From: Myxococcota bacterium
GTDB lineage: Bacteria > Myxococcota_A > UBA796 > CAJQPC01
Reading direction: 5' to 3'
Length of the DNA stretch: 64,000 bases
NCBI GenBank assembly: GCA_036229005.1
Contig: JAZAMN010000064.1
Span: forward strand, 32,001-96,000
Position numbers and translations under genes: made by a program. Every line of letters begins with the position of its first letter. Position 1 is the stretch's first letter. Positions 43,897 through 54,135 of this stretch are shown here, piece after piece. The notes under the pieces were generated by a model. That model was not told where the DNA came from. It worked only from the letters and a program-made list of their open reading frames with translations, and did no database searches.

Positions 43897-45315
43897 GTGG
43901 CCCCGCCCGCCGGCCTGATCCAGGACCCCGAGATCCTGGAGGGGTACCTCACGGACGCCTCCAACATCCCCGGCCAGGCCAGCGGGCTGCTCCGCCCTGA
44001 CAGCGCCGAGCAGGTCGCGGAGATCTTCCGGGCTGCCCAGGCCCAGGGTCAGCCCCTCACCGTCACCGCCCAGCGCACCAGCACCACCGGCGGGCCCGTG
44101 CCCCACGGCGGGTGGCTGCTCTCCACCGAGCGCCTGCGCGGCCTCCGCTGGCTGGACGATCAGCGCATCCGCGTCGGCGCCGCCGAGCTGCTGGCCGAGG
44201 TCGAGGCGCTCGCCCAGGAGAAGGGCCGCTTCTACCCCCCCGATCCGACCTCTTGGCGGGAGTGCTCGGTGGGGGGGACCCTGGCCTGCAACGCCTCCGG
44301 GGCCCGCTCCTACCGCTACGGCGCCACCCGCCCTTGGGTCGAGTCCGCGCAGGTCGTGCTGCCCACCGGCGAGATCGTCGAGGCCGACCGCAGCACCCCC
44401 ATCCCGGCCCACTGGCCCGTGCCCGAGTGGACCCCGCCGCAGGTCAAGACCGCCGCCGGCTACCACCCCGCGGACAACCTGTTGGACCTGATCATCGGCA
44501 GCGAGGGAACGCTGGGCCTGGTCACCGCGGCCACCCTGCGCACCCTGCCGCTGCCGGAGCGGGTGTTCTCCATCCTGGCCTTCTTCCCCAGCATCCAGGC
44601 CGGCCTGGACTTCGTGGAGGCCGCTCGCCAGGCGCAGGCCGGCCCCCGGCTGCTCGAGTGGTACGACGCCGGCTGCCTTGAGCTCGTGCGCGCGCGCGTC
44701 CCCGAGGTGCCCTCGACTGCGGTCGCTGCCGTCTGGATCGAGGTGGAGACCGATGCTCAGGCGGAGGACCAGGCGCTGATGAACTGGGCCGATCTCCTCT
44801 CCCAGACCGGCGCGCTGGAGGAGCACACCCTCTTCGCCGCCGACGAGAGCGGCATGGAGCGCCTGGGGCGGATCCGGCACGCGATCCCGGCCGGCGTGAA
44901 CGAGCAGGTGGTGGCCAACGGCATGCCCAAGGTCGGGACCGACTTCGCCGTCCCGGACGCTGGCCTGGCGCGGATGATGGCCGCCTACGGCGCGGTCGAG
45001 CTGGAGAGCGTTCTCTTCGGCCACATCGGCGACAACCACCTGCACCTGAACCTGCTGCCCAAGACCCCCCAGGAGCTGGAGCAGGCCTGGGCGATCTGGG
45101 GCCGGCTCTATGACCTGGCGCTGTCCCTGGGCGGCACCCTGTCGGCCGAGCACGGCGTGGGCAAGCTCAAGCAGCCCTACCTGCGGCGCATGGTCGGGGA
45201 TCCCGGAATCGCGGCGTTCCAGGCCCTCAAGCGTGCGGCCGATCCCGCCTGGATCCTGGGGCGCGGCAGCCTGCTCGCGGACCCCGTGGCGGCGAGTTCT
45301 GCCCGATCGGTGTAA
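43897..45315 (+). CDS. FAD-linked oxidoreductase (GlcD/D-lactate dehydrogenase family)
   Basis: TSTTGGPVP, YPPDP, GGTLACNASG, IGSEGTLG, FGHIGDNHLH, SAEHGVG. Confidence 0.9.
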   Translation: MAPPAGLIQDPEILEGYLTDASNIPGQASGLLRPDSAEQVAEIFRAAQAQGQPLTVTAQRTSTTGGPVPHGGWLLSTERLRGLRWLDDQRIRVGAAELLAEVEALAQEKGRFYPPDPTSWRECSVGGTLACNASGARSYRYGATRPWVESAQVVLPTGEIVEADRSTPIPAHWPVPEWTPPQVKTAAGYHPADNLLDLIIGSEGTLGLVTAATLRTLPLPERVFSILAFFPSIQAGLDFVEAARQAQAGPRLLEWYDAGCLELVRARVPEVPSTAVAAVWIEVETDAQAEDQALMNWADLLSQTGALEEHTLFAADESGMERLGRIRHAIPAGVNEQVVANGMPKVGTDFAVPDAGLARMMAAYGAVELESVLFGHIGDNHLHLNLLPKTPQELEQAWAIWGRLYDLALSLGGTLSAEHGVGKLKQPYLRRMVGDPGIAAFQALKRAADPAWILGRGSLLADPVAASSARSV

Positions 45316-45320
45316 GTAGG

Positions 45321-45965
45321 GTGCAGTCCCCTCCGTTGTCATCACGGAGGAAAGGCAGGTGCCCCGTCTCAACAACAGCGCAGCTCTCCCGGGAGACCGG
45401 ACTCGCTCCCCTGGAGCGGGAGCGGGAAGTTGTGCAGTTGCTCAAGGCGGGGGACCGCGGCGCGCTGGCCCAGCTCTACAACTGGTACGGCGACCGCCTC
45501 TTCCGGCAGATCATCCTGCCGCGCTTGCCCATCACCGACCTGGCCGAGGACGTCCTCCGGGACACCTTCCGCATCTGCATCGAGCGGATCGGCCAGTACA
45601 CGGTGGTGGACCGCAGCATCTTCTTCTGGCTCCGGCGCATCGCCATCAACCGAGCCATCGATGTGCACCGCGCCCACCAGCGCCGCGAGCGCCTGCAGGA
45701 CGCCGTGGAGCAGGAGCCGGACCGCACGATCGGAGCCCCACCACCCGCCCCAGACCGGGGCCAGGAGGTCGACGAGACCAGACAGTTGGTCGAAGAAGCC
45801 CTGGAGCTGATCAACCCTCGCTACGCCATGGCCCTGAGGCTGCGCCTCATCGAGGACCTGGACCGCGAAGAGTGCGCCGAGCGCATGGGTGTGACCGTGG
45901 GCAACTTTGACGTCATCCTCCACCGGGCCAGCAAGGCCTTTCGCACAAAGTACCCCCCAAGATGA
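45321..45965 (+). CDS. ECF sigma factor (start uncertain)
   Basis: GDRGALAQLY, AEDVLRDTF, FWLRRIAINRAID; region 4 ECAERMGVTVGNFDVILHRA. Confidence 0.88.
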   Translation: MQSPPLSSRRKGRCPVSTTAQLSRETGLAPLEREREVVQLLKAGDRGALAQLYNWYGDRLFRQIILPRLPITDLAEDVLRDTFRICIERIGQYTVVDRSIFFWLRRIAINRAIDVHRAHQRRERLQDAVEQEPDRTIGAPPPAPDRGQEVDETRQLVEEALELINPRYAMALRLRLIEDLDREECAERMGVTVGNFDVILHRASKAFRTKYPPR

Positions 45966-47344
45966 CCGAAGAACGTCAGGCATCGCTGTTGGCCGAGTGG
46001 CTGGAGCGCCCCGGCACGCCGCCGCCCGAGGGGCTGGATCCCGACGTGATCCAGTCCACGCTGGCGCTGCGTCCGGAGATGGCGCCCGCGCCCTCGGTCT
46101 CGCTGGATGACATCCTCGCCGGGGTGAGCGAAGGTCCCTTCGCCGGGGGGGCCCAGTCCCGGAGCGCCGAGCTCCCGCTGGATGCAGGTGGAGAGGGAGC
46201 GATGGGCAGGAGCGCGGAGCTCCCGCTGGACACCGCCGCAGATCTGGAGCCCGCCAACACCCCGGAGATCCAGGGCACCAGCGAGGACACCAGCAACGTG
46301 ATCGACCTGGCCTCCAGGCGTCGCCGGCGCATCTGGGGTGGCCTGGGGCTGCTCGCGGCCGCTGCCCTGGTGCTGGTCACCGTGGGGCCGAGCCTGGACA
46401 CCTTCAACGCGCCCCCGGCCGAAGAGGCCGGCGTGCAGGCGCTCCCCGGGGCCGCCGACCAGATGGTCACCGAGCGGGGCCTGAGCGAGGACAACCCCCG
46501 CGGCGCGGGCGGGGCCATGGACGACAAGCTGCGGGCCCCCGAGCCCGCCAAGCGCAGCGCTGCGCCTGAGCCCGAGCCCGCCGCACCGAGCGACGCCGAG
46601 GCCCTCCCCAAGCAGGAGCTCGCGCCGGTCAAGCCCGCCGCCGCCTCCCTGCAGAAGAGCCAGGAAGAGGCCAGCTACGGCCCGCCGCCCACCACCGCCA
46701 CCAGCAACGATGTGCTGAGGAGTGCCCCCGCCAGCTCCGCCTCCAGCTCCTGGGGCGGCAGCTACGACACGCTGGACATCGGCAGCCGCAAGGAGGCCAC
46801 CGCCCAGGAGGACGCCGACAGCGAGCGCCGCTTCAAGCTGCGCAGCGCCAAGTCCGACGAGGCCGATGCGCCCGCCGTGGCCGACGACTTCGCCTACGAG
46901 GTCGAGCAGGCCCAGGCCGAGCCCGAGGGCCTTCCCAGTGATCTGGACGGCCTGCGCAGCGCCGCGGTCCCCCAGGACTACCGCGGGGGCTGGTACCTCA
47001 CCGGCCTGGACGGAGAGGCCTATGATCGCTTCGAGGCCGCGCTGAACCAGGCGCAGGGCCAGTCGGCGTCCGCGCAGGCGGGCATCTACGCTGGGCTCAT
47101 CGGCGACGCGGACGCCCGTGTGGGGCAGGACATGGCCTTCCGGGCGGCCAAGGCGGCCTCTCAGGCCGGCGATGACGCCGCAGCTCTGCGCTACCTGCGG
47201 CAGGGTCAGGCACGCAGCTCCCTGAACACGCCGCAGCGGGCGAACCTCTACTTCCTGGAGGGTCAGATCCGGGAGCGGCAGGGTGACCTCGCTGGCGCCC
47301 AGGAGGCCTACCGGGTGGCGGCCAACATGAACCAGGCGCGGTGA
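45962..47344 (+). CDS. Putative transmembrane anti-sigma factor with C-terminal TPR-like domain
   Basis: ATGA overlap with the sigma gene; NVIDLASRRRRRIW followed by a TM helix; low-complexity linker; LYFLEGQIRERQGDLAGAQEAY. Confidence 0.65.
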   Translation: MTEERQASLLAEWLERPGTPPPEGLDPDVIQSTLALRPEMAPAPSVSLDDILAGVSEGPFAGGAQSRSAELPLDAGGEGAMGRSAELPLDTAADLEPANTPEIQGTSEDTSNVIDLASRRRRRIWGGLGLLAAAALVLVTVGPSLDTFNAPPAEEAGVQALPGAADQMVTERGLSEDNPRGAGGAMDDKLRAPEPAKRSAAPEPEPAAPSDAEALPKQELAPVKPAAASLQKSQEEASYGPPPTTATSNDVLRSAPASSASSSWGGSYDTLDIGSRKEATAQEDADSERRFKLRSAKSDEADAPAVADDFAYEVEQAQAEPEGLPSDLDGLRSAAVPQDYRGGWYLTGLDGEAYDRFEAALNQAQGQSASAQAGIYAGLIGDADARVGQDMAFRAAKAASQAGDDAAALRYLRQGQARSSLNTPQRANLYFLEGQIRERQGDLAGAQEAYRVAANMNQAR

Positions 47345-47365
47345 CCCCCGAGCTTGGACAAGGGC

Positions 47366-47371
47366 TATAGT
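47366..47371 (+). promoter_or_regulatory. -10 element (TATAGT) of a probable leaderless promoter
   Basis: TATAGT, then 6 nt, then ATG at 47378. Confidence 0.6.
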
Positions 47372-47377
47372 CCCGCC

Positions 47378-48223
47378 ATGCCAATGCCCCCCCTGCTGGC
47401 CCGCGCCCTGATGGCCGCGACGCTGAACGACGAAGATCAGGAGATGCTGCTCCGCGTCCGCATGAACGACGCGGGGCACGGCTACGACGCCTTCGGCATG
47501 CACAAGGACTTCGTGGGCCTGGGCATGGCGATGGCCAAGCCGCTCTACGCCAAGTACTTCCGGGTCAAGAGCTTCGGCGCGGAGAAGATCCCAGACACCG
47601 GGCCGGCCATCCTGGCGGCCAACCACTCCGGCACCATCCCCGTGGACGGGATGATGCTGTGGGCGGACGTGATCAAGCACACCGGGCGGATCCCGCGGGC
47701 GATCGCGGACCACTTCGTGCCCACGCTGCCGATCGTGGGGACCTTCTTCTCCCGCGGCGGCATGGTGGGCGGCTCCCGGGGGAACGCGCGCTCGCTGCTG
47801 AACGCCGGGGAGATCCTGATGATCTTCCCGGAGGGCACCGCGGGCGTCGGCAAGCACTTCTCCCAGCGCTACCAGCTTCAGCCCTGGCGAGTGGGGCACG
47901 CGGAGCTCGCCATCCGCCACCGCGCGCCGGTGGTCCCCGTGGCCTTCATCGGCCCGGAGGAGCAGATGCCGCAGGTGCTGGCCATCAAGTCCCTGGGCAA
48001 GCTCTTTGGGCTGCCCTACCTGCCGGTCCCGGCGACCCCGGTGCCGCTCCCCGTGCGCTACCGCATCCACTACGGAGACCCCGTGGACCTGCCCAGCCTC
48101 TACAAGGCCACGGACGCCGACGACCCCGAGGCCGTCAAGGAGGCGGCCGCCAAGGTCGAGGTCAAGGTCAAGGAGCTCATCGCCCACGGCCTCCGTGAGC
48201 GCGGCGGGAGGCTGTTCACCTGA
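47378..48223 (+). CDS. Lysophospholipid acyltransferase (PlsC family)
   Basis: ANHSGTIPVD, IFPEGT, PVVPV. Confidence 0.9.
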   Translation: MPMPPLLARALMAATLNDEDQEMLLRVRMNDAGHGYDAFGMHKDFVGLGMAMAKPLYAKYFRVKSFGAEKIPDTGPAILAANHSGTIPVDGMMLWADVIKHTGRIPRAIADHFVPTLPIVGTFFSRGGMVGGSRGNARSLLNAGEILMIFPEGTAGVGKHFSQRYQLQPWRVGHAELAIRHRAPVVPVAFIGPEEQMPQVLAIKSLGKLFGLPYLPVPATPVPLPVRYRIHYGDPVDLPSLYKATDADDPEAVKEAAAKVEVKVKELIAHGLRERGGRLFT

Positions 48224-49212
48224 TGCCTGTGCCCAGCGTCCCCATCAAGGGTGTGCTCGTCACTGGAGCCACCACCCCCATCGGCGAGCGCCTGATCCGC
48301 TCCCTGCTGGCAGACCCCGAGATCGAGGCCATCCTTGCGGTGGGCCAGGAGCCCGAAGACCAGGCGCTGCCCTTCTCCCACGGCGAGCGGCTGGTGTACC
48401 GGTCGGTGGATCTGGGGCGCTCCCGGCGCGTGCGCAACCTGCTCTTCGGGCCCGCCCGCGAGATGGGCATCGAGGTGGTGATCCACACCGCGATGCACCG
48501 CGACGCCAAGGACTCCGGTGGCCGCGTCCGGCGCTCCAACGTGGACGCGCTGCGCTCGCTGCTGGATCTCTCCGACCGCCACCCCACCATCCGGCGCTTT
48601 GTGTTCAAGAGCTACGCCGAGGTCTACCAGGTGCAGCACGACCTGCCGATCCTGGTGACCGAAGACCACCCCCTGAACATGAGCCCGGGCTCGCCCCAGT
48701 GGGTGCGCGACCGGGTGGAGGCCGACCTGACCGCCTGCACGCGGATGGGCCTGACCAACCTGGAGATCGCGGTCCTGCGCTGCGCGGAGATCCTGGCCCC
48801 GGGCACGGGCTCCCAGCTCTTTGACTACCTGGACGCCAAGGTCTGCCTGCGCCCGGTGGGCTTCGACCCCATGATGAACCTGCTGTCGATCTCCGACGCG
48901 GTGCGCTCCATGGAGCTTGCGGCCAGGGCCTTTGGGGTCCAGGGTGTGTTCAACGTGCCCGGCCTGGACACCCTGCCGCTGTCGGCCTGCATCCGGCGCT
49001 GGGGCTGCCTGGGGCTGCCGCTGCCGCAGCCTGCGATCACGCCCTGGTACCGGCTGCGCCGGCGGATCCGGGGCCACGACTTCTCCTACGGGATGAACCG
49101 CAGGCGCTTCCACTACTGCTCGGTGCTGGACGGCACGCGCGCGCGGGAGACCCTGGGCTTTGAGCCCGAGAACGCCATCGACTGGCCCGCGCCGGTGGAT
49201 CCGGCTGGCTGA
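48223..49212 (+). CDS. NAD-dependent epimerase/dehydratase (extended SDR-like)
   Basis: VLVTGATTPIG, VIHTA, SYAEVY, GVFNV; TGATG coupling to the acyltransferase. Confidence 0.8.
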   Translation: MPVPSVPIKGVLVTGATTPIGERLIRSLLADPEIEAILAVGQEPEDQALPFSHGERLVYRSVDLGRSRRVRNLLFGPAREMGIEVVIHTAMHRDAKDSGGRVRRSNVDALRSLLDLSDRHPTIRRFVFKSYAEVYQVQHDLPILVTEDHPLNMSPGSPQWVRDRVEADLTACTRMGLTNLEIAVLRCAEILAPGTGSQLFDYLDAKVCLRPVGFDPMMNLLSISDAVRSMELAARAFGVQGVFNVPGLDTLPLSACIRRWGCLGLPLPQPAITPWYRLRRRIRGHDFSYGMNRRRFHYCSVLDGTRARETLGFEPENAIDWPAPVDPAG

Positions 49213-49254
49213 GTCCCCAGCGGGTTACACTGCGGGGGATCTGGAGGGTGCCCC

Positions 49255-49950
49255 ATGTCGCTGTTGTTGATCTCGTCGCTGGCATTGCTCGGTTGCAGCA
49301 AGGGCGACGCCGTGGACACCTCCCCGGTGGAGGACACCGGCCCGGGGGTCCACCCCAACGTGCCCGAAGGCTACGAGCTCTTCTGGGACACGGACGGCTG
49401 CGGCGCCTCCGGCAACGAGACCCAGGCCTACGTCCTGGGCGAGGGCAGCATCTCGGAGGACGGTGAGACCCTCACCATGACCGAGACCTGGTACTGGTTC
49501 TTCGGCGGGGACCGCTCGGAGGACTGCATCGACACCTTCGAGTTCACCACCGCGACCAATGGGCGGCTCAGCGCGGCCGACCTGTCGAGTCTCAACGCCT
49601 CGGAGGCGGAGGCCGGGTACTACGGCGTCTACACCAAGACCGAGAACAACTGCCCGGGCATGAACTACTACGCGACCTGGTCGCACCCCGGCGAGGACGG
49701 CTTCGAGTACGGCGACGACATCCAGGCCAGGATGGTCCTGATCTTCGACTACGCCAACCCCAACGGCAACCTGAACTACGAGAACAAGATGCTCGTGTTC
49801 GCCTACATCGGCGACGAGAGCGGGTTGACCTGGGGCGACACCAACTACGACTCCGCGGGCGTGTTCACCCCCACCGGGGACGACGCCGCGGGCCCCCCGG
49901 CCACTGTGACCTGGGAGCCCAGCTTCTGCTTCGACGGCGGGGAGGGATAG
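49255..49950 (+). CDS. Acidic lipoprotein of unknown function
   Basis: GGAGG ribosome-binding site; lipobox LLGC; TACACT -10-like element upstream. Confidence 0.7.
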   Translation: MSLLLISSLALLGCSKGDAVDTSPVEDTGPGVHPNVPEGYELFWDTDGCGASGNETQAYVLGEGSISEDGETLTMTETWYWFFGGDRSEDCIDTFEFTTATNGRLSAADLSSLNASEAEAGYYGVYTKTENNCPGMNYYATWSHPGEDGFEYGDDIQARMVLIFDYANPNGNLNYENKMLVFAYIGDESGLTWGDTNYDSAGVFTPTGDDAAGPPATVTWEPSFCFDGGEG

Positions 49951-49969
49951 GGCCCCGCGGGCCCGCTTC

Positions 49970-51238
49970 ATGACCACCACGCTCGCTGTTCTGATCGCCG
50001 CCGCGGTCGCCTGGATCATCGCCCACTTTGTGGCCGACTGGATCCAGGAGCGCTTCTTCGTGACCACCGGCAGCGAGTACATGCTGCTCGGCGTCCTGCT
50101 CGGGCCTGTGCCCGTGTTCGCGACGCTGATCGGCACGGACAACAGCTTCATCCTGATCAGCCAGGACACGCTGCGCCAGCTCGACCCGCTGATGTCACTG
50201 GCGGTGGGCTGGGTGGGGCTGACCTACGGCGCGAGCCTGAGCCCCACGCGCCTGGTCGCCCGGGGGCGGGGGGCGCTGACGCTGTCGCTGGTGGCCACCG
50301 TGGTCACCGGCCTGGTGGTGTTCGGCGCCAGCTATTTCCTCTTTGGGCTGGCCTGGCACGGCGAGCTCTCCCAGGCCGAGCGGCTGGGCGGGGCCTCCGG
50401 TCTGGGCATGGCCGCGGCCGTCTCGTCGCCGACCGTGCTGCGCGCCATCAAGGTCAAGTTCGAGGCGCAGGGGCCCACCACCAAGCTGCTGGGGCAGACC
50501 GGCCGCCTGGAGGAGTTCATCGGGATCCTGGGCTTCGGCGTGATCTTCTGTGTGTTCCACGAAGACAGCTCCTCGCTCGGACGCGAGATCACACCCTTTG
50601 AGTGGTTCGGGATCTCCGTCGGTCTGGGCCTGGTGCTCGGCGCCCTGTTCCGCTTCTTCCTCAAGGACGAGGACGACCGCGACAAGCAGTTCCTGTCCCT
50701 GGTCGGCATCATCGTGTTCGCGTCCGGGGCCGCCCACTTCCTGGACCTCTCGCCGCTGCTGGTCAACGCGGTGATGGGGACGGCGATGATGGCGGGCGTC
50801 AACGACGACGCCTCCGAGCGCATCCTGGCCATCCTGGAGCGCTCGCGGCGCCCCATGTACATGGTCATGCTCATCTTCGCGGGGGCCATGTGGCTCCCCA
50901 TCCCGGCGATGGGCTGGGCCTTTGTGGCCGCCTACATCGTGGTCCGGCTGGCGGCGAGGATGCTGAGCGGCTGGGTCTCCTCGGTGTTCCTCCCGGGAGA
51001 GATCCGCCGGGACGTGGGTAGGGGACTGCTGCCCCAAGGCGAGGTCGCTGTGGCCATGGCCCTGAACCTCACGCTGGTCTTTGGCGGCCGCCCGGTCATG
51101 CCCTGGGTGTTCTCGGCCATCCTGGTCAGCGTGCTGTTGAATGAGTTCTGGTCGGCGCGGCTGCTGCGCGGCCTTCTGATCGACGCGGGGGACATCCGTC
51201 ACAGCGCCCTGCAAGAGCCCGAGCTGGAGGAGAGCTGA
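49970..51238 (+). CDS. Cation:proton antiporter (CPA2/Kef-like)
   Basis: Many TM segments; YMLLGVLLGP, AAVSSP, LSPLL, GLLPQGEVAVAMA. Confidence 0.8.
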   Translation: MTTTLAVLIAAAVAWIIAHFVADWIQERFFVTTGSEYMLLGVLLGPVPVFATLIGTDNSFILISQDTLRQLDPLMSLAVGWVGLTYGASLSPTRLVARGRGALTLSLVATVVTGLVVFGASYFLFGLAWHGELSQAERLGGASGLGMAAAVSSPTVLRAIKVKFEAQGPTTKLLGQTGRLEEFIGILGFGVIFCVFHEDSSSLGREITPFEWFGISVGLGLVLGALFRFFLKDEDDRDKQFLSLVGIIVFASGAAHFLDLSPLLVNAVMGTAMMAGVNDDASERILAILERSRRPMYMVMLIFAGAMWLPIPAMGWAFVAAYIVVRLAARMLSGWVSSVFLPGEIRRDVGRGLLPQGEVAVAMALNLTLVFGGRPVMPWVFSAILVSVLLNEFWSARLLRGLLIDAGDIRHSALQEPELEES

Positions 51239-52581
51239 TGTACGTGGTCGTCATTGGCATGGGCCGAGTGGGCCAGCACGTGGTCCGGGAGCTGGAGCTG
51301 GACCAACACGACGTCGTGGCCATCGACGCGGATCCCCAGATGGTGGCCGCCGTCGAGGACAGCCAGGACGTGGGCACCATGGTCGGCTACGGCAGCTCGC
51401 CCAAGGTCCTCAAGGAGGCAGGCGCGGCCAAGGCCGATCTGGTCGTCGCGGTCACCAACGACGACGAGGTCAACCTGGTCGCGGCGCTGGCGGCGCTGCG
51501 GCAGGGGGCCAAGCGGGCGGTGGCCCGGGTCCAGGGCGACCAGTACTCGGGCTCCGACGAGGGCATCCAGTACGGCCTGCTGGGAATCGACGTCGTGATC
51601 AATCCCCGCATCCTGGTGGCCCAGGAGATGGCCAAGATCGCGCGCTCCCGTGGCGCCCTCGAGGTCCTCGGGTTGGCCGGGAACCGCGTGGAGATGGTGC
51701 AGGTCGAGATGCCGGCGTCCAGCCGGATGTTGCACAAGGCCCTGGCGAACCTGAACCTGCCCGCTCAGACCCTGGTGGCGGCGATTGTCCGCGACGGGGA
51801 GCTCTTCGTCCCTGGGGGCAGCGAGGTCCTGCTGCCTGGAGACCGCGCCTACCTCATCGGGCACGCCGGCAAGATGGACGAGATCGAGGATCTCTTCGGT
51901 GCCGGCAAGGACATCACGCGGGTCTGCATCGTCGGAGGTGGTGTGGTGGGCTCCGCCCTCGCGCGCCTGTTGGTGCAGTCCGACGTCGAGGTCATGCTGC
52001 TGGAGCGGGATCGGGACCGCGCCGAGGAGCTGGCCATCGACCTGCCAGACGTCACGGTGCTCCACGGGGACGGCACGGACAGCCACCTGCTCGAAGAGGA
52101 GCAGGTGGGCAGCTTCGACCTCTTCGCGGCGGTCACCAAGGACGACGAGGTCAACCTGATGGCCGGGCTGCTCGCCAAGCGCTCTGGTGTGGACCGGGCC
52201 GTCAGCCTCGCGCAGCGGCCGGACTACGCGGACATCTACCGGCAGCTCGGCATCGACATCGTGCTCTCGCCGCGCACCCTGGCCAGCGAGAACATCCTCC
52301 GCTACGTCCGCCAGTCCGAGGTCCAGAGCCTCACCCTGCTGGAGCACGGCCAGGCCGAGGTGCTGGAGCTGCTCGCCCGCGAAGGGAGCCGCATCCTGGG
52401 GACCCCCATCAAGCGCCTCAACATGCCGCGCGGCGCGCTGATCGCCGTGCTGGTCAGCCAGGGCCGCGTGACCATCCCCCACGGCGGCGACCAGGTCCGC
52501 GCGGGCGACACCGTCGTGCTCATCACCACCGCCTCCGCCCGTCCGGCCGTCGAGCGCCTCTTCAAGCGGCGGTCCCGTTGA
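51238..52581 (+). CDS. trkA: Trk system K+ uptake regulatory subunit
   Basis: Two RCK-N domains (IGMGRVG, VGGGVVG), AVTNDDEVN and AVTKDDEVN, two RCK-C domains. Confidence 0.93.
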   Translation: MYVVVIGMGRVGQHVVRELELDQHDVVAIDADPQMVAAVEDSQDVGTMVGYGSSPKVLKEAGAAKADLVVAVTNDDEVNLVAALAALRQGAKRAVARVQGDQYSGSDEGIQYGLLGIDVVINPRILVAQEMAKIARSRGALEVLGLAGNRVEMVQVEMPASSRMLHKALANLNLPAQTLVAAIVRDGELFVPGGSEVLLPGDRAYLIGHAGKMDEIEDLFGAGKDITRVCIVGGGVVGSALARLLVQSDVEVMLLERDRDRAEELAIDLPDVTVLHGDGTDSHLLEEEQVGSFDLFAAVTKDDEVNLMAGLLAKRSGVDRAVSLAQRPDYADIYRQLGIDIVLSPRTLASENILRYVRQSEVQSLTLLEHGQAEVLELLAREGSRILGTPIKRLNMPRGALIAVLVSQGRVTIPHGGDQVRAGDTVVLITTASARPAVERLFKRRSR

Positions 52582-54134
52582 GGAGCGTCTCCCGCCGGAA
52601 TCTCCGCAGCCAGAAGAAGGCCCGGGAGACCCACTGGCAGCGCGTTGTGGGCATGATCCCGCCCGTCGCGCGCGCTGTCGGCGGCCTGATGGTGATGGTC
52701 GCCTTGACCATGCTGGGGACCGGCGTCGTGGGCCTGCTCATGTCCTCGGTCAAGGGCGCGCTGCACATGGCGGTCTCCGCCTTCATCGTGTTGCTCTTTG
52801 CGGGCGCGAACCTGCTGCTGGGGCGCAACGCCGCCTTCACCTCCATCGACCGCCGCGAGGCCTTTGTGGTGGTCACCGTGAGCTGGATCGCCCTGTGCGT
52901 GGCCGGCGGCCTGCCCTTCATGGTGGGCGCGGACTTCACCTTCTCGGAGGCGCTGTTCGAGTCCACCTCGGGCTTCACCACCACCGGCGCCACCATCCTG
53001 CCGGAGATCCGGGACCGCCTGAACCCCGCCCTGCACTTCTGGCGTTGCCTGAGCCATTGGCTGGGCGGCATGGGCATCGTCGTGCTCTTCGTGGCGGTCT
53101 TCCCCGCGCTGGGGGTGGGCGGCAAGCACCTCTTCCGCTCCGAGGTCCCGGGCCCCAAGTCCAAGGGCCTCTCGCCCCGCGTGCGCGAGACCTCGTCGGT
53201 GCTCTGGAAGGTCTACGTCTTCATCACCTTGATCCAGGTGGGGCTGCTGATCCCGGCGATGCGGCGGGCGCTGCCGGACTCGGACTGGCGCCAGATCATC
53301 TTCGAGTCCTTCTGCCACGCGTTCAGCACCATGGGCACCGGCGGCTTCTCCACCTTCAACGGCTCGGTGGGGGAGCTGGACTCCGCGCTGGTGGACTTCA
53401 TCATCCTGGTCTTCATGATCGTGGCCGGCATGAACTTCGGCCTCTTCTACGAGGCCACCCGGCGCGGCATCTCCGTGTTCTGGAAGGACACCCAGACCCG
53501 CGTCTACATCGGCATCCTGGCCATCGTGTCGGTGGTGATCGCCGCCAGCATCCTGCCCCAGGTCGACGGCGGGCCCCTCTACGCGCTGCGCCTGTCCAGC
53601 TTCCAGGCCGCCGCCATCATGTCCACCACCGGCTTCGGCACAGCGGACTTCGAGCAGTGGCCCTCGGTCACCCGCATGCTCCTGCTCGCGCTCTACTTCA
53701 CGGGCGGCTGCTCCGGGTCCACCGCCGGTGGCATGAAGCTCCAGCGCATCATCGTGCTCTTCAAGGCCGTGCTGGTGGAGCTGCGCAAGTCCTTCCGGCC
53801 CCACCTCATCATGCCGGTGCGCGTGGACCGCAAGGCCGTCGACAACCAGTCGCTGGTCGCCCTGATGGCCTTCATGGCCCTCTACGTCACCTCGGTCGGC
53901 GTGGGCGCCATCTGGGTCGCGCTCGTGGACCGCACCGACGGCACCACCGCGCTCATGGCCTCGCTGGCCTGCGTCGCGAACGTCGGTCCCGGCTTCGGCG
54001 CCGTGGGGCCCACGGACAACTTCGGCTTCCTCTCCGGCATCACCCAGACCTTCCTCTCCGGCCTGATGATCCTCGGCCGCCTGGAGTTCCTCACCGTGCT
54101 GGCCCTGTTCACCCCTGGCTTCTGGAGGCGTTGA
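52578..54134 (+). CDS. trkH: Trk system K+ uptake membrane subunit
   Basis: Pore loops FESTSGFTTTGAT, STMGTGGFS, STTGFG, ANVGPG; WLGGMG, GSTAGGMK, MILGRLE. Confidence 0.95.
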   Translation: MRSVSRRNLRSQKKARETHWQRVVGMIPPVARAVGGLMVMVALTMLGTGVVGLLMSSVKGALHMAVSAFIVLLFAGANLLLGRNAAFTSIDRREAFVVVTVSWIALCVAGGLPFMVGADFTFSEALFESTSGFTTTGATILPEIRDRLNPALHFWRCLSHWLGGMGIVVLFVAVFPALGVGGKHLFRSEVPGPKSKGLSPRVRETSSVLWKVYVFITLIQVGLLIPAMRRALPDSDWRQIIFESFCHAFSTMGTGGFSTFNGSVGELDSALVDFIILVFMIVAGMNFGLFYEATRRGISVFWKDTQTRVYIGILAIVSVVIAASILPQVDGGPLYALRLSSFQAAAIMSTTGFGTADFEQWPSVTRMLLLALYFTGGCSGSTAGGMKLQRIIVLFKAVLVELRKSFRPHLIMPVRVDRKAVDNQSLVALMAFMALYVTSVGVGAIWVALVDRTDGTTALMASLACVANVGPGFGAVGPTDNFGFLSGITQTFLSGLMILGRLEFLTVLALFTPGFWRR

Positions 54135-54135
54135 G

